A DNA stretch of 64,000 nucleotides from Spirochaetia bacterium (lineage in GTDB: Bacteria; Spirochaetota; Spirochaetia; SZUA-6; Bin103), in contig CBDAOI010000002.1 of assembly GCA_965198005.1 (NCBI GenBank), positions 736,001-800,000 on the forward strand, given 5' to 3'. Within the stretch, counting starts at the first letter, position 1, and every line of letters starts with the position of its first letter. The notes under the pieces were generated by a model. It was not told where the DNA came from. It was given only the letters and a program-made list of their open reading frames with translations, and ran no database searches. This document shows positions 62,496-64,000 of the stretch, in pieces. Both the position numbers and the translations under genes were made by a program.

Positions 62496-62789
62496 AGGCA
62501 ATCTTGCGCGCCGTCCGTGCCGCGGCCGGGACTCGCGGGCACGCTGGCAATGAGGATTGACCCAAATTGTGCCACCTTACTATATTGCCCTCTTCCCCGG
62601 GGTCGCGGGCTCTCGTAGCGCGACGTTCGCGACGTTCTCCTGCGACTCTCGCGTCCTGTACGCCCCGCTGCGCCACGACCGTTGCGGGCACCAGTGCGGA
62701 GACCGGGCGCACGGCAGCATCATCCAACGTCGAAACCAATTACGAGATTGAACGGCGGCCGCTGATTGAGCACAGGCTGGTAAGGAGCA

Positions 62790-64000
62790 ATGATCAAAGG
62801 TCCCATGCGCAGACTGAGACGACGGCTGTGGCGGCGCTTCCGGAGCGGGTTCTCCGGACACAAGACCCACGTCGACGATCGGCTCCGCCGCGAGATGGGG
62901 GGCCGTGCCGTCGCCAGATACGTGGTGAGCGAGAAGCAGCTGCCGGCCTACCGCTTCGTCGACCTGTACCGCGCCATAGACGGGAGCCTGACCGACGTCG
63001 ACAACGTGCGGCGCATCGAGTCCAACAACGAAGAGGACCTGAACAGCCTGTTACACGGCGAGCGCAATCGCTGGGATTCCCGCCGAATCACCAAGTCCCC
63101 GCGCATCGCGTGGACAGTGGGCCCCGATGAGGAAGTCTTTCTCCCCGTCGATCAGCACTGGGTGTTCCCGGATTTCGAGACCGCTGCCCCGGCCATCGTC
63201 CGCCTGCGCTACCGAAGCGAGAAGGATACTGCAACGCTGGCAGTTGCCGGGGTAGCTTCCGGCCATGTCGACGCCCGCATCCGCCGGCTGATTGCCGACA
63301 GCGTTGCCACGTCGATCTACCGTGAACGGCTGATCACGCTGGCGTATGAGGCGGGCACCAGAGACGAGTCGGGAGATATTGAGAAGATGGAGCAGCTGCG
63401 GGTCAGCTTTGCCGTCGCCGCGCCGGTCTCGCGGCGGGAGTTCGTGGTCGACGAGGGGATCTACAAACTGCTGTGGCGGAACGTCATCGACCTTTACGAA
63501 CGACGCCACGTTCTCAAGGCGCACGGCGTCCCGCTGCGCCGCGGGTTGTTGCTGCACGGGCCGCCCGGTACCGGCAAGACATTCGCCTGCCGCTACCTGT
63601 GCGGACGACTGGTCAACACGACGCGCATCGTGGTTGCCGGAAATGCGCTGAACCGAGTCGCCCAGTTGTTCGCGTTCGCGCGCGCCTATCAGCCGTCGAT
63701 CATCATCCTGGAAGATGTAGACTTGGTCTTTGCGGCTCGCGACATCAACCTCTACAGCTCGGCGTTGGGCGAGCTGCTGGACCAGATGGACGGGTTGCGG
63801 CCCTCCGACGAGGTCGGCGTCATCCTGACCACCAACTCCATCGAACGACTGGAAGCGGCGATCAAGGACCGTCCGGGACGCATCAGCCAGTGCGTATATT
63901 TTGGGCCGCCCGGGCGCACCCTGCGGCGACGCTACATTGCGCAGTATGCCAAGGCGTACGACTATGCGGCGACCGACGTCGAACGGTTGGTCGACCTGAG
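62790..64000 (+). CDS. AAA+ ATPase running off the window end (absent from the ORF track)
   Basis: AAGGAG SD, ATG 62790, GLLLHGPPGTGKT, IILEDVD, TTN, DRPGR. Confidence 0.9.
   Translation, partial: MIKGPMRRLRRRLWRRFRSGFSGHKTHVDDRLRREMGGRAVARYVVSEKQLPAYRFVDLYRAIDGSLTDVDNVRRIESNNEEDLNSLLHGERNRWDSRRITKSPRIAWTVGPDEEVFLPVDQHWVFPDFETAAPAIVRLRYRSEKDTATLAVAGVASGHVDARIRRLIADSVATSIYRERLITLAYEAGTRDESGDIEKMEQLRVSFAVAAPVSRREFVVDEGIYKLLWRNVIDLYERRHVLKAHGVPLRRGLLLHGPPGTGKTFACRYLCGRLVNTTRIVVAGNALNRVAQLFAFARAYQPSIIILEDVDLVFAARDINLYSSALGELLDQMDGLRPSDEVGVILTTNSIERLEAAIKDRPGRISQCVYFGPPGRTLRRRYIAQYAKAYDYAATDVERLVDL

Overview
High-GC bacterial window, probably Spirochaetota (inferred from Cys-less 'TATGLWA-(A/G)G-EEE' signal peptides), in a heavily rearranged accessory region. 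Its core is an expanded array of family-5 (Dpp/Opp-like) ABC importer modules. There are five full-length substrate-binding protein (SBP) genes (one frameshifted in its signal peptide), one SBP 5' stub, four dppB/dppC permease pairs (one dppC internally deleted), several scrambled permease fragments, and no DppD/F ATPase. Every full SBP gene has a conserved structured 5' leader with a strong SD and a short uORF. The leaders fall into two families, M(I/T)LKEPHARA(V/A) x2 and MQPKTGYD x3, and both end in an AGAGTA...TACTCT stem. Four of the five SBP genes also carry a shared ~65-bp upstream motif, followed by poly-C tracts in three copies. This leader/homopolymer/signal-peptide module is the best candidate for an undescribed regulatory system. 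The window also holds a three-element nested IS with all TSDs visible, a 438-bp IS5 deletion derivative, a 25-bp IS1182 end-to-end remnant, ISAzo13/IS21 fragments, toxin-antitoxin and defence-type genes (Uma2, AAA-DUF4143 x2, Fic, orphan MTase), catabolic enzymes (SDRs, AKR, PhyH x2, MmgE/PrpD), metF and many deletion-type pseudogenes. No rRNA, tRNA or CRISPR array was seen. Product calls rest on recognised motifs only; no database search was run.
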